A stretch of 64,000 nucleotides of DNA from Eledone cirrhosa (Eukaryota): positions 33,046,001-33,110,000 of the forward strand of contig OZ024742.1 of assembly GCA_964016885.1 (NCBI GenBank), given 5' to 3'. The position numbers and the translations under genes are program-made. The notes beneath the pieces were generated by a model. That model was given only the letters and a program-made list of their open reading frames with translations. It was not told the origin of the DNA and ran no database searches. Below are positions 42,253 to 57,400 of this stretch, one piece after another (the first letter of the stretch is position 1; each line of letters starts with the position of its first letter).

Positions 42253-43235
42253 ACTCTTACAAAATTTGAAAAACATGGAATCAAGCTAACAGACGATATC
42301 TGGATGAAAATAAGTTAGCAAATGTTAGGGGGAATATCTTCAGAAATAATAGACTCACAGATACTGAAATAACTGTGATCAAGCATGCTGTGGAGAATGA
42401 CATATATATATAAGTCATGATAGAACTGAATAATCTCTTGCAGATAATAACCAGTCTTTACCGAGAGACCACCATCTGACCAAATCTCAATAAGTTTGTA
42501 GAATTGAGAAGTCCTATTGAACCTGCTGAAAATAGCCAGGAATGGGATATAGAAACAGTGCTTGATGACCAAACTTTTGCTGAAGAAGTCTATGAAGGAA
42601 CTGAAACAGAAAATACTGAATGAGCTTACAGTTGTAAGACATACTAGTATAAATGATAGAGAACCACTTCAAAAACTCCCAAATACAATCTAAAATAAAA
42701 AAACAAATAATGATTGGTAACTCTGTAACAACGAAATAAAAAATCATAGAAGAATTAGAACCTGATCTTATTGAGTTAAATGAAATCATTTATGCATCTG
42801 CTAGAGTAATTGAAACAAGTTGTTTACCACCAAAAAAACAAAGACGGTCTAACTTGAGAAGTAAACCAATTTGGAGGAGTAGAATTGAAAAGGAGATTGA
42901 CCCAATGAGAGGGGAAATATCTTTACTGAATGAGCTAAACACTGGAAATGATGTAAGATCCTGGAAGGGAAGAAAGCTAAAGAAAAAATATGGACTTTCT
43001 TCTAGAGAAGTACTAATATCAACAAAGGAAATTCTGAAACAAAAAGTCCAAGTAAAAGCCCAACAAATTCGTAGATTTGAGTAGCAAAACTTCTACAGGC
43101 AAAATAAGTTGTTCTCATCCAATGCCAAGTCATTTTATAGAGAAATAGGGAAGGAGAAAATAATTATTGGAGACCCTCCTTCCATAGAAGAAGTTGAAAC
43201 CTTTTGGAGAAAGATTTGGAGTGATGAAAAGTATG
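42250..43235 (+). mobile_element. Decayed N-terminal part of an R4/Dong-like LINE
   Basis: Fragments PIWRSRIEKEI, LKQKVQVKAQQIRRFE, QNKLFSSNAKSFYREI, VETFWRKIW. Confidence 0.65.
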
Positions 43236-43928
43236 AATTCTATCATGAAACCCACAAACCCAACCCCTGCTTTAGCAGGGATTTAATTTCTTAACAAATA
43301 TACGGCCAAACCACTCTTTGATAAGTTATCCAAGTTATATTAGTAATGACCTCATCATCTTGTCTATCCTGCTGATATTCTGTTGAACCTCTGTCAGTTC
43401 CAATGATAAGTGTTCCAATTGTTTGAACAACAAAACAGTCTGCTTGTAAAATTAACGTGCAAGTGGTTGAGTATTCCACAAAGACATGTGCACTCTTAAT
43501 GTAGTTCTCATGGAAATTCAGCATGCCATAGTGTATGACAAAGCTGACCATTTCAATTACAGGTTCAACACATTTTTGCCTGATGCATAGACTGAGACAA
43601 CATGAAATAAAGTATTTTGCTGAAGGACAAAACAGACTGCCAGAAATCAAACTTACAAGCACTAAGCCACACACTTTCACATACTACACTAGTAGTTATT
43701 TCAAGAAGTTTGCTTTCTGAAATATTTTGTTGTTTTGGCATTGCTATTACACACATCCCACATCTTCTGTCTTTATTTTTGGCTGCATGCAGCAGACTTA
43801 CACAACATCAAACAACTTGTCTTACTTGAAATTTTCCACCCTAAAATTTAAAATTATTGAATTTCTTTTAAAGGTTTGCATTCATGCATATATACAGAGG
43901 CTGCAATTACTAATTCAGTAGCATTAAT

Positions 43929-43974
<46 letters not shown>

Positions 43975-44244
43975 CCATCACCATCATCATAATCATTTCC
44001 TTCAGTCTCAGCATCTTCCTAGACTGATGAGAATGTAAATACCTATAATTTGAAAATTTCTTTCCCTTACGATTGTTCAAGAAGGTCATTTGACCTTCAG
44101 CATACACATTGATTGTTTTGATTTTGATTTCTGTAATGCACTCCTCTTTGGAGAATGGCCAAACTAGAGAACATACATACAAACACACAACTATATGTAT
44201 GTAATGTATGTGTGTGTGCGTAATATATATATAGAATAAGGATA

Positions 44245-44525
44245 AAGATCCCATAGCTCCTTGTGGTGTCGCAGAGGCACCGTCATATGGTGTGTCTAGG
44301 GCACTTTTAAACCTGGCGGAGCCCAACCCTCTCCGGGGCTGAACACAGCTGATTTTTCTATAGAGGAAGAATTGACCCCAGTACTGGACTGGTACTTTTT
44401 TATCGACCTTGAAAGGATGGGAGGAAAAGTTGACCCCAGCGGGATTTGAACTCAGAGCATGCAATGAGGTGGGAGAAATACCATAAAGCATTCTATCCGA
44501 TGTCTTAACGACCCTGCCAATTTAC
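44245..44525 (-). mobile_element. SINE variant: Meta-like body with a different 3' tail
   Basis: Second copy at 48860-49145; unique tail segment GCACTTTTAAACCTGGC. Confidence 0.7.
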
Positions 44526-44544
44526 CTATATATATATGTATATA

Positions 44545-44604
<60 letters not shown>

Positions 44605-44674
44605 TATATATATAAATATATACATATATATATGAATGTATATATATATACACACACACATATATATAAATATT

Positions 44675-44900
44675 GTCTAACACATGCTAGCGTGGAAGAA
44701 CGGACGTAAAACGGTGATGATGATGATATACATATATATATGAATCATCATCATCATCATCATCATCATCGTTTAACGTCCATTTTCCACGCTAGCATGG
44801 GTTTGGACGGTAATTTTCCCACTTGAGGCAAGATTGGTTGTCTTGCTCGTATAGGACTGTCTGGCGGGTTTTCTACGGCTGGATGCCCTTCCTAACACCA
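44675..44900. mobile_element. Tail-to-tail RTE A(+) and B-like(-) 3' terminal fragments
   Basis: 44675-44727 matches the A terminus; 44744-44900 matches the B terminus reversed. Confidence 0.8.
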
Positions 44901-44911
44901 AATGAATATAT

Positions 44912-47900
44912 ATTTCAAAAAACGTGACAATCACCTGATCACCTATAGATCGGGGGAACACACAAGCCAGGTAGATTATATCCTTACCAGAAGACGTGAC
45001 AGAGTGTCTGTTGTAAACACTAAATCCCTCCCCCATGAAGAATGCACCTCCCAACATAGACTGATAATTAGCGACCTAATAGTCAGGACAAGACGTACTA
45101 GACAACAGAAGAGGACTATCCTCAGGAGAAAAATATGGAAGCTAAAGGACCCCACAGCCAAAAATAAATTTAAAAGCATACTACTTGATGCTTTCGACAG
45201 TAAGGAAGAGCAATTAGAGTCGTACAATATAGAGGAGCAGTGGGAATTCCTGAAAGCAAACCTGCTGATGGCGGCAGACGAAGTCTGTGGCTGGAGCAGG
45301 CCTGTAGGCAGGAGGAGAGTAACATGGTGGTGGAACAGTAAGGTGGAGGGGTCAATTAAGGCCAAAAAGCAGGCTTGGAAAGTATGGCGGGATGGGGGGA
45401 AGTAGAGAAGACTATCAAGTGGCCAGGAGGGAAGCTAGGAGACAAGTGTACTTCGCAAGAAGGGAAGCAGAGGAAAGAAAGTTCAAGCATGTTCTACAAC
45501 GCGAGGACCAAAAACGTGAGGTGTTCAGGATTGCTAGGCAATGTCTCAAAGAAAACCGTGATATTGTCGGGGAGAAGTGTGTACTTAATGATGACGGCGT
45601 ACTTGCCATCACCGATGCTGATAAGAAGGTAGCTTGGAAGTGTCACTATGAAAGGCTACTAAATGAGGAGAATAAATGGGAGAAAGACAGTCTCCCCCAC
45701 ATCGACCCAATAGAGGGACCAGCAATGTTAGTCGAGGGTAGTATAATAAGTAAGGCAATCAAAGATATGAAGACGGGTAAGGCGGCTGGGCCTTCGGAAA
45801 TAGTTGCCGAGATGCTGAAGGCTTCTGGTACGGTGGGACACACCATGGTCACCCGGATAGTTAACCAAGTCGTACAGAATGGGGTTGTTCCGAAGGACTG
45901 GCGTAGCAGCATCATCGTTAACTGTTATAAGGGTAAAGGAGATGCCCTAGATAGGAGTAACTATAGAGGCATTAAATTAATCGACCAGGTCATGATTGTC
46001 ACGGAAAAAGTAATAGCGCAATTAATCAGAGAGAGAATTGATCTAGATGAAATGCAGTTCGGGTTTGTGTCAGGCAAAAGTACAACAGATGCTCTTTTCA
46101 TTGTACGACAACTACAGGAGAAGTACCTAGCTAAAAGTAAACCCCTATACTTAGCTTTTGTCGACTTGGAGAAAGCCTTCGACAGAGTCCCCCCGTTCCA
46201 TTATCTGGTGGGCTCTTAGAAAACTAGGTGTTGACGAATGGCTTGTGAGAGGTATACAAGCCATGTATAAAGAAACAGTCAGCAAGGTTAGAATTAACAA
46301 CGAATATAGTGAAGAGTCTAGCGTAAAAGTTGGCGTCCATCAGGGCTCTGTTCTCAGCCCCCTACTATTTATTATTGCCCTTCAGGCTATAACAGAGGAG
46401 TTCAAGACTGGCTGCCCATGGGAACTCCTATACGCAGATGACCTAACGCTCATAGCTGAATCAATGGCCGAGCTAGAGAAGAAATTCCAAACATGGAAGC
46501 ACGGCCTAGAATCAAAAGGCCTTAAAATTAACCTGGCTAAGACTAAAGTTCTAGTTTGTAAGAAAGAAAACAAGGCGGCGGTCCCCTCCGGGAAGTGGCC
46601 ATGCGCAGAGTGTAGGAAAGGCGTAGGTAGAAATTCCATTTTGTGTCCCAAATGCAAAGTTTGGGTGCATAAAAGATGTAGTGGGATCACAGGTAAGCTA
46701 ACTAAGAACATAGATTTTACATGTGGCCGGTGTTCTGGGGCAATAAGTAGCAGCAAGTGCCCACAAAATACTAGCTCTTTCAACTTCGCAGAGGGTTCTA
46801 TAGAAATAGTGGACAGCTTCCGTTACCTGGGTGACAAAATCAGCAGTGGGGTAGGGTGCTCTGAAAGTACAGTAGCTAGAGTCAGAACTGGATGGAAAAA
46901 GTTCAGAGAGCTTATACCACTATTAGCCGCTAAAGGGTTCTCCCTAAAAATGAAAGGCAGGTTGTATGATGCTTGCATACGAACAGCAATGTTGCATGGC
47001 AGTGAGACCTGGGCATTGTGTGCAGAGGATATACGCAGACTAGACAGGAACGAAGCTTGCATGCTCCGCTGGATGTGTAATAGTAATATACGTGAACGGC
47101 AAAACATAAACGAACTAAGGAAAAAATTAGAAATAAGAGGGATCAGATGTTGTTTACTTGAGAGAAGGCTACGTTGGTATGGTCACGTGATGCGCATGAA
47201 AGACGATAGCTGTAAACAAAGTGCAGGGCAATAAAGATAGACGGTAGCCACGGAATAGGCAGACCCAGAAAAACCTGGGACGAGCTGATAAATTCCGACC
47301 TCACACACTTACACCTCTCCAAGACAATGTCACTGGACCGAGACCTTTGGCGGTACTCAGTAATAGAGAAGACCCGCCTTACCTAAATACAAAGTAAAAC
47401 CTACTACAGTCAATAGGCACCTCTAACAAAATACACCCCCATCCCACCACCCCCACCCCATCCACACCGCCCCTTTCAATGTAAAGTTATGTTGGTGCCA
47501 CAACATCCAGGTGGAAACAAATGAGATCGTGTAGGTGTCACGACAAAAAAACACACAGTCCACGCTGTAATGTGGCCGTGTAGGCAACACGGTAAAAACC
47601 TCCCAGACCCACACTGTAAATGTGGTTGGTGTTAGGAAGGGCATCCAGCTGTAGAAAACCCGCCAGGCAGTCCACGCTGTAATGTGGCCGTGTAGGCAAC
47701 ACGGTAAAAACCTCCCAGCCCCACACTGTAAATGTGGTTGGTGTTAGGAAGGGCATCCAGCTGTAGAAAACCCGCCAGACAGTCCACGCTGTAATGTGGC
47801 CGTGTAGGCAACACGGTAAAAACCTCCCAGCCCCACACTGTAAATGTGGTTGGTGTTAGGAAGGGCATCCAGCTGTAGAAAACCCGCCAGACAGTCCTAT

Positions 47901-48004
47901 GCGAGCAAGACAATCACTCTTGCCTCAAGTGGAACTACCCCCGTCCAAACCCATGCAAGCGTGGAACACGGACGTTAAACGTTGATGATGATGTTGATGA
48001 TGAT
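44912..48004 (+). mobile_element. RTE LINE subfamily B, frameshifted, triplicated UTR unit
   Basis: ORFs 44902-47234; 112-bp unit x3 at 47556-47891; GAT tail. Confidence 0.94.
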
Positions 48005-48514
48005 ATATACACACACATATATATATATATATATTTGGGCCCTTAATTCCTAATGGAATTGCAGGGGTGATGTAGTGATATATGGTGTGCTTTGGTCATT
48101 TCTAACTTGGTGAAGCCCATATCCCTCTCCAGATCCAAACAGCTGATTTCATCATAAGAAAGGAAAATGTGAATAATGAATAATACATTAAACTGATGTT
48201 GTTCACTTTTGTTTTATCCTGTACTATACAGTATAGTATGTAGATTTCATTGTTAGTATATTTACAGTAATGTAGTGTGCGACAATTTCTTTATAGAAAA
48301 CTTGTAATTCTTTGCAATAATTTAAAAAGAAAAACGAAAAAAAAAAAATCGCTACATCCTAGAGTCACAATGAAATTTAAGTTGACAATGATGAAATTGA
48401 GACAATGAGATTGAAGATAAGGTTGAATGACATTGATTGGGTTCATGTTGATAATCTCACACACACACAATTATACACACACATACATAAAATATATATA
48501 TAAACGAGGATATA

Positions 48515-48857
48515 GGAGGCACATGGCTTAGTGGTTAGAGCATTGGCCTTGCAATCGAAAGGTTGTGAGTTCAATTCTCAGACCGGGTGATGTGTTGTTT
48601 CCTTGAGCAAGACACTTTATTTCACATTGCTCCAGTTTGCTCAGCTGTAGAAATGAGATGATAGGGACTGGGGTCCCTATCATTCCACTGCAAAGTGGTC
48701 GTGGAGGTGCCACGGCAAAAAAGCACCCAGCACTCACTGTAAATGAAGTTGGTGATAGGAAGGGCATCCAGCTGTAGAAATCAAGCCACAATCAGTTCCT
48801 GTCCCACCCTTGCAAGCAGGGAAAAGCTGACGTAAAATGAAGATGATGATGATGATA
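48515..48857 (+). mobile_element. tRNA/CORE-like SINE with RTE-A tail
   Basis: Homologous to 15175-15520. Confidence 0.82.
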
Positions 48858-48859
48858 AA

Positions 48860-49145
48860 TATCTCATAACTCCTTGTGGAGCCGCAGAGGCACCGTCATA
48901 CGGCATGTCTAGGGCACTTTTAAACCTGGCAGAGCCGAACCCTCTCCAGGTCTGAACACAGCTGTTTTTTTCTATAGAGGAAGAATCAACCCCAGTACTG
49001 GACTGGTACTTGTTTTTTATTGACCCCGAAAGGATGAAAGCCAAAGTTGACCATGGTGGGATTTGAACTCAGAGCACACAATGAAGTGGGACGAATACCC
49101 TAAAACATTCTATCTGACATTTTGATGACTCTGCCAATTCGCTGC
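48860..49145 (-). mobile_element. SINE variant (same family as 44245)
   Basis: Direct similarity to 44245-44525. Confidence 0.7.
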
Positions 49146-49176
49146 CTCTCTCTCTCTTTATATATATATATATATG

Positions 49177-49530
49177 TATTCTGTCCTAAGCCATCTTGTT
49201 TTTGTGTGTGTTGTGTGCCTAGTTTGTGCATGTGTTACATGCATGGAATAGCAACATCACAACTTACAATTAAGGACAAAATGAAAATACACACACATAG
49301 AACAAAGGAGAGGCACAAAACAAAGAGAAGAATCCCCAGTCACTGAAGAGGTCTCAGAATGTGTGACGAAAGAACTTTGACAATATATGAACAACCGTCC
49401 GGTTGTGGAACCAACCAACCAACCGGAAATTTATAAATTTCTTAAATTTATAAATTTAATTTATAATAAATTGGAGTGAAAGCAACTGGTGCGTGTGTTT
49501 CTTATTGGCAACATGACCCTCCCAAAGTAT

Positions 49531-49537
<7 letters not shown>
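49177..49537 (+). mobile_element. Penelope-like pLTR copy with 5' inversion and hammerhead (49339-49381)
   Basis: 49248-49537 is the reverse complement of parts of 2275-2690; 49180-49245 is in the opposite orientation. Confidence 0.75.
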
Positions 49538-49570
<33 letters not shown>

Positions 49571-49611
49571 TATATAATATATATATATATATATTATATA
49601 TATATATATAT

Positions 49612-49643
<32 letters not shown>

Positions 49644-49736
49644 ATAATATATATATACATATATGTAGATTCTGAGTTAAATCTGGGTTAGCCACAGTTA
49701 ATAAGGTACTCAGTACATTTGTAGAGCGTGAACATT

Positions 49737-49920
49737 GGATTGGCAGTATCAGTAGAGGGTCAGACAACATGCTTTGCAGTACAGAGTTACACCCCTTTCT
49801 GATTTGAGTTCAAATCCCGCCGAGGTTAACTTTGCCTTTCAACCTTACAGGGTCGATAGAATAAACTACCAGTAATGCACTGGGATAATTGCTGGCCTTG
49901 TGCCAAACGTAGAAACAATT
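49737..49920 (+). mobile_element. SINE (Meta-like family)
   Basis: Head, B box and central domain. Confidence 0.8.
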
Positions 49921-49937
49921 ATATTTAATATAGAAAG

Positions 49938-49989
49938 GGCTTCTACAGAACTAGGGCTGTTTCATTTGAATGAAATCATCAGGAATGCC
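49938..49989 (-). ncRNA. Hammerhead ribozyme motif
   Basis: Minus strand reads GGCaTTC-CTGATGA-tttcattcaaat-GAAA-CAG ccctagtt CTG-TA-GAAGCC; stem II weak. Confidence 0.6.
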
Positions 49990-50499
49990 AGGTGACATAT
50001 TAAGTCACTGATATTTATAGGTTTCATAGTGGTTGGGGATGGTAGTGGTGGTGGGGGCATGCTTTTAGGGGCAGATATCAACTAGTGGATTAGAGGGGGA
50101 GGGAATATAATATATATATAACATAATATAATATAATATATATATAATATAATATATATAATATATATATATATAATATATATATATATAATATGGTTTG
50201 ACCACATCTGAAACATAAATCTCTGTCTCTCACTACACCCTCTAACCCCGATCAAAATCTCATTCATCATAACTTCACTCTAACTCCATGATTCATTGTA
50301 ATCAATATGGGAACAACAATACTTTAATTCTATGGGAGTCTTGAATATATATATATTTATATAGAGAAGCCAGTTTTGAAACGATTCCTCCACTTGGTGT
50401 CTATAAGTGGACCCCGAAACCTAAAGTCGTGCATACATGTTAAGTGTATGACATTTTAAATATACTATGTGGAGTGTTTAGCACTTATTTCAGTTCAAT

Positions 50500-50795
50500 G
50501 TGACTGCCATTTGCTTTCTTTACCTGTTCAATCCATTTACAAAATGATGTGCATGCCTTAACTATCTCTTCCTTTTTCATTTTACCGAATGGTCGCTTGA
50601 TCAATGCTGTGAGAAGTTGTGTTGGATTTTGTTTCAACTACACCCCATAGCCAAAAATCACACGGATTCAAATCTGGGGAGCTAGAGGGCCAGATATCAT
50701 TACGGACAAACATGAGCAATTCCTTCTTCAAAAATTCTTGCACTCTTTTCAAAGAATGGGCAGGTGTGGAGTCCTGTACAAACATGATCCGACTT
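50500..50795 (-). mobile_element. Tc1/mariner transposase fragment
   Basis: QDSTPAH...WPSSSPDLNPCDFWLWG catalytic region. Confidence 0.85.
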
Positions 50796-53372
50796 GCATA
50801 ATAATGCTTCGTAAACTGCTTAGTATCATAGAACCATGGGTAGTTTCAAGCAGTTAGGTACCTGTGATATGTAGGAGATTTGGCTGTCTGTGCAACTACA
50901 GAATTTCCTTCATTGATTATAGCCGGGAGAAGTAAGTGGTAGATGCAAGTATTGAAAGGGGAACAGGAAAATTAAATTCATAATTTCCAGCAGGCCTTTA
51001 CATACCATATACAAATAAAGTTTCTATATGATCACTTGACCTACTAGAATGGAAGGACACATAAGATAATGTAGTCTTAGTTAAATGGAAGGACACATAA
51101 GATAATGTAGTCTTAGTTAAAAAAAAAAGCACATACACACACAAAAAAGAAACCATTTGTTTTCAAATATATTTCAAATATATTTTGTCTTGGAAATTTC
51201 ATGTTTTTTTTTTAACCCTGGAACCAATACCTATAATTCATATGCAAACCCCACTGCCATGATTTTAATCCTTTCAATACCAACCTGTATGAAGCTGTCC
51301 CTGGTCTGTGACAAAACAGTTCATTTTAAAGTCTTCATATCTAAATTAAACCTTCCATCATAGTTTTATGTAAGAATTTTGTTATGTTCTTAATACCAAC
51401 TCAATGAAAAAAGTTATTTTACTAAAACTTTCCAAGTTCTTGATCATTTTAAAAATTAATTGAAACACATTCAATGCATTTCATGAGAAAACATAGGGTT
51501 ACTGAGATATCAAATTAAACAAAGTTATCCTAAACTGACAATTAATTCATATAAAAACAAACATGCTAATCTTTTTTATTAGATTTTATTAAAATACAAT
51601 CTTGCAAAACCTAGTAATTTTTTCCAGAAAACTGGGGATATTTAGAACCCATATTGGAAAATACTGTGTTAGACCAATAGGGCTGACCTGGAGTTAAACA
51701 ACAAAGGACTAAGTGGGTTTGAACTTGCTAACCTCATGAATCAATGTGTGTTTATGGCTACAGTGCTGAGCAACAAGACAACTATTTATAAAGATACTGA
51801 ACAATACATCATTGAAAGGACTAGATACTTACAATGAAGAGAGAACAAAGGGAGCTCACCTTGAAAATCATTGAGAAGTAGTTATATAGAAAGCAAGGCA
51901 GACAGATCAGACAGAGAGAGATAGAAGACTGGGACAAAGAGAGGGGGAGCAGATCTTGAACTGAAAGAGAGAAAGTAAATCTTGGACAGAAAGAAGGGGA
52001 GTAGAGGTTAGACAAAGAGAGGAGGGGTAACTGTTAGACAAAAAGGGAATAGATATTAGACAGTGAAAGAATGAGGGAGAGTTTGAGAGTGAAGGATAAA
52101 GAGTATAAAGATGTGGTCAAGGTAGAGAGATGAGTTGGGCAGTGAGAGTGGGGTGAGTTAGAAACAAAGAAGCTTTGAACAGAAAAAGAAATGTCTGGAT
52201 GAAACAAAAATATTCAAGAGAGAGGCAGGGAGAAGAATTAGACAAACAAAATCTAGAGAAAGATAAAGAGTGAAATTTCAAAGAAAAACAGACAATAGAC
52301 AGGCCATGGTTGGAAGGGCAAGCAGCTTGCTTCACAATCATAAGTTTCCACAGCATGTTATCTTGAGCAAGTGTCTTTACCAATAGGTTTGGATTAATTC
52401 AAGTTTTGTGAGTGAAATTGAATAGATTGGAAGTCCGTTATATGGACTGGGCCTGTAATACAAAAGGTTAACCTTGTTACACAGTGTCTCACACTGAATC
52501 TCCCTGAGAATTATGTTAAGAGTACATGTACCTGTGGAACACTCATTGTCAGAATTGAAGGAATTCCATTTACTATATCTAAACTGATACCAAGTGTATA
52601 TGTGTGTGTGAGAGGGGGCAGGAGAGAGAGAGAGAGAGAGAGGTAGGAGTGACTGAGAGGGCAGGTAAGAGGAGAGAGATGAATGAAGGTGTCAGGAAGT
52701 AAAGAAGAAGAAGAAGCAACAAGAGTGAGAGAAGAGGTTGAAAAGTCAAAATGCAAGAGTGAGAGAAGACCAGAAGGAACCAGAGTGAGAGCAGGTTTAT
52801 GAGCCAAGCAAGACTAAGCAAAATGAGAGGTCAGTCATTATGAAAGCAAGTCCTTATAACTGAAGGCTCATTATCTTAATGTAGTGAGTTTGATTTCCAG
52901 CAGTGTTGTGTGCGACACTTTATTTCATATTGTTTCAATTCACTCAGATGGCAAAAATATGTTGTACTTGCAATTCAAAGGGCCAGTCTTGTCACACCTT
53001 GTGGCATGCTGAATCTCACTCAAAACTACTTTAAACACTGATAATTACTTTAAAAGTAAATGTGGCTGTGGCATGTTCAGCCACCTATACATTCATTACT
53101 GCATCAACTGGAACAGCCATCAACAGAAACAATGGAGGTCTAACAACAGCACTTAACTGGTACATTACCAGACCTGCCAACCTCTAAAAACCCATGAAAA
53201 AAAGTGCCCCAAAACGGGGAGAAATGAGGCAAAATGGGGAGATTTTACATAATGAAAGCTATACCTATTTTCACAAAAGAAGACATCTCTCACCCACCCC
53301 AAAGTGGATGGGGGATCTCCCTGTCAGACAGGGAGAGTTGACAGGTCTGCATTATTTTATCAATCCTGCATT

Positions 53373-53895
53373 TGGATTGGCAGCATCGGTAGAGAGTCAG
53401 ACACCATGCCTTGACTCATAGAGTTACGGCCCTTGCCATTCTGAGTTCAAATCCCGCCGAGGTTAACTTTGCCTTTCATCCTTACAGGGTCGATAAAATA
53501 AAGTACCAGTAATGCACTGGGGTAATTGCTGGCCTTGTGCCAAAAGTAGAAACAATTATTTTATCAATCCTGGAAGGATAAAAGGCAAAGCTGACTTCTG
53601 ACCTCTGACATTTGTACATTATTCTATGTACTATACATGCACCTTTGATGAGTTGTAGTGCACCTGAACACTGTACACAATAATTTCATTATCATTCGGT
53701 GGATTGGCAGTATCGGTAGAGAGTCGGACGCCATGCTTTCCAGCATAGTTACGTCCCTTTATGATCTGAGTTCAAATCCCGCCGAGGTTGACTTTGCCTT
53801 TCATCCTTACGGGGTCGATAAAATAAAGTACCAGTAATGAACTGGGTAATTGCTGGCCTTGTGCCTAAAGTAGAAACAATTATTATTATTATTTC
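53373..53895 (+). mobile_element. SINE - CR1 3' end - SINE cluster
   Basis: SINEs at 53373-53557 and 53698-53890; 53605-53695 matches the CR1 3' UTR at 28157-28232. Confidence 0.8.
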
Positions 53896-54479
53896 ATTAT
53901 TAAGTGAGTCCTCACTGAGTAAATCTATGACCTCTCACATCGTCCTTCTCTTGGGCATTGCATATCAGGCGTGACACTTCTTTTTGAAGTTAGTAGAATG
54001 TAATTTAAGGGAGATTTGGTTGCTATTTTTAACAAGTTGAGCAACCACATAGTAGTCTCCCCGCATTGATGATGATCAGGATGTATATAGTGGACATTTT
54101 GGTGGTGGTGGTATGATGGGGTACATAAAGATGATAATATATATGGTATGGCGAGGATGATGTATATAAAGATGATATGGTGGGGGTGTAGTGGTAATGA
54201 TTAAGACAATTTAAGGGATATGATAATGATGTATGTGGTGGTAGTGATGGTAATAATGATGTATAGTCTATGGTGATGATGATGATTTACATAGTGGTGG
54301 TGGTGGTACTGATGATTAAGATGGTGATGGTGATGGTGATGATTTACATAGTGGTGGTGGTGGTACTGATGATGGTGATGGTGGTGATGATGATAATGAC
54401 AGAAAAATTAGGGATAATGAGAAAAGGGATAAAAATAAAAAAGGAGTGAGTTTTCATAATAAAACACAAACAAAAAAAC

Positions 54480-57400
54480 AAATAAACACATCACACATAT
54501 CACATCCACACACATACATCAACACACACACACACCACATACACACATACATACACATTCGCATATAACACCCACCTACACACAAACATCACAAACAACA
54601 CACACACATCACACACATTACATACACCACACACACACATATGACATCCACACACATATTACAAACAACATACACACACACGACATATAACATACATGCA
54701 TACAACACACACACAACACATCACACACACACACACAACACCCATCCACACACACACCACATACACACTTGACACCCATCACGCACATAGGACACCCATC
54801 ACACACACACGACACCCATCACACACACCATATACAACACCCATCACACACACCACATACACACACAACACCCATCACACACACCACATACACATACAAC
54901 ACCCATCACACACACCACATACACAGGACACCCATCACACACACCGCATACACACACACACGACACCCATCACACCCACCACACACACACACGACACCCA
55001 ACACACACACCACATACACATACAACACCCATCACACACACACGACACTCATCACAAACACGACACCCATCATACACACACACTACATACACATACAACA
55101 CCCATCACACACACCACATACACACGACACCCATCACACAAACCACATACACACACGACACCCACCACACACACCACATACACACACGACACCCACCACA
55201 CACACCACATACACACACGACACCCACCACACACACCACATACAACACCCATCACACACACCACATACACACATGACACCCATCACACACACCACATACA
55301 CACGACACACGACACCCATCACACACACCACATACACACGACACCCATCACACACACACAACACCCATCACACACACCACATACACACATGACACCCATC
55401 ACACACACCACATACACATATACATGACACCCATCACACAAACCACATACACACACGATACCCATCACAGACACACCACATACACATACGACACCCATCA
55501 CACACACCACATACACACACAACACTCATCGCACACACCACATACACACACAACAGCCATCACACAAACCACACAGACACACACCACACACACACGACAC
55601 CAATCACACACACCACATACACACACAACACCTATCACACACACCACATACACACACGACACCCATCATACACACACCACATACACACAAGACACCCATC
55701 ACACACACCACCTACACACACGACACCCATCACACACACCACATACACACACGACACCCATCACACACACCACATACACACACAACACCCATCACACACA
55801 CCACATACACACACGACACCCATCACACACACACCACACCCATCACACACACCACATACACACACGACACCCATCACACACACCACATACACACACAACA
55901 CCCATCACACACACCACATACACACACGACACCCATCACACACACACCACACCCATCACACACACCACATACACACACGACACCCATCACACACACCACA
56001 TACACACACAACACCCATCACACACACCACATACACACACGACACCCATCACACACACACCACACCCATCACACACACCACATACACACACGACACCCAT
56101 CACACACACGACACCCATCACACACACCACACACATGACACCCATCACACACACCACATACACACACAACACCCATCAGACACACACGACACTCATCACA
56201 CACACGACACCCATCACACACACCACACACACACACATGACACCCATCATACACACGACACCCATCACACACACCACATACACACACGACACTCATCACA
56301 CACATCACATACACACACGACACCCATCACACACCACATACACACACGATACCCATCACACACACCACACCGATCACACACAGCACATACACACACAACA
56401 CCCATCACACACAGCACATACACACACAACACCCATCACACACACCACATACACACACAACACCCATCACACACCACATACACACACGATACCCATCACA
56501 CACACCACATACACACACAACACCCATCACACACACCACATACACACACGATACCCATCACACACACCACATACACACACGACACCCATCACACACACCA
56601 CATACACACATGACACCCATCACACACACCACATACACATACGACACCCATCACACACACCACATACACACACAACACCCATCACACACACCACCCATCA
56701 CACACACCACATACACACACGACACCCATCACACACACCACATACACACATGACACCCATCACACACACCACATACACACATGACACCCATCACACACAC
56801 CACATACACACATGACACCCATCACACACACCACATACACACACAACACCCATCACACACACACACACCACATACACACACAACACCCATCACACACACC
56901 ACATACACACACGACACCCATCACACACACCACATACACACACAACACCCATCACACACACCACATACACACATGACACCCATCACACACACCACATACA
57001 CACATGACACCCATCACACACACCACATACACACACAACACCCATCACACACACCCATCACACACACCACATACACACACAACACCCATCACACACACCA
57101 CATACACACACGACACCCATCACACACACCACATACACACACACCACCCATCACACACACCACATACACACACGACACCCATCACACACACCACATACAC
57201 ACATGACACCCATCACACACACCACATACACACATGACACCCATCACACACACCACATACACCCATCACACACACCACATACACACACAACACCCATCAC
57301 ACACACACACACCCATCACACACACCACATACACACACAACACCCATCACACACACCACATACACACACGACACCACATACACACACAACACCCATCACA

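Noticed and set aside
47556-47891. CRISPR-like regular repeats
   Set aside because: Pure tandem duplication without unique spacers, eukaryotic context and no cas genes
50375-50432. Hairpin followed by GAAAC...GTC, hammerhead-like
   Set aside because: No CTGANGA core and no clear stem I
51048-51120. 36-bp perfect tandem duplication
   Set aside because: Ordinary local duplication with no further structure
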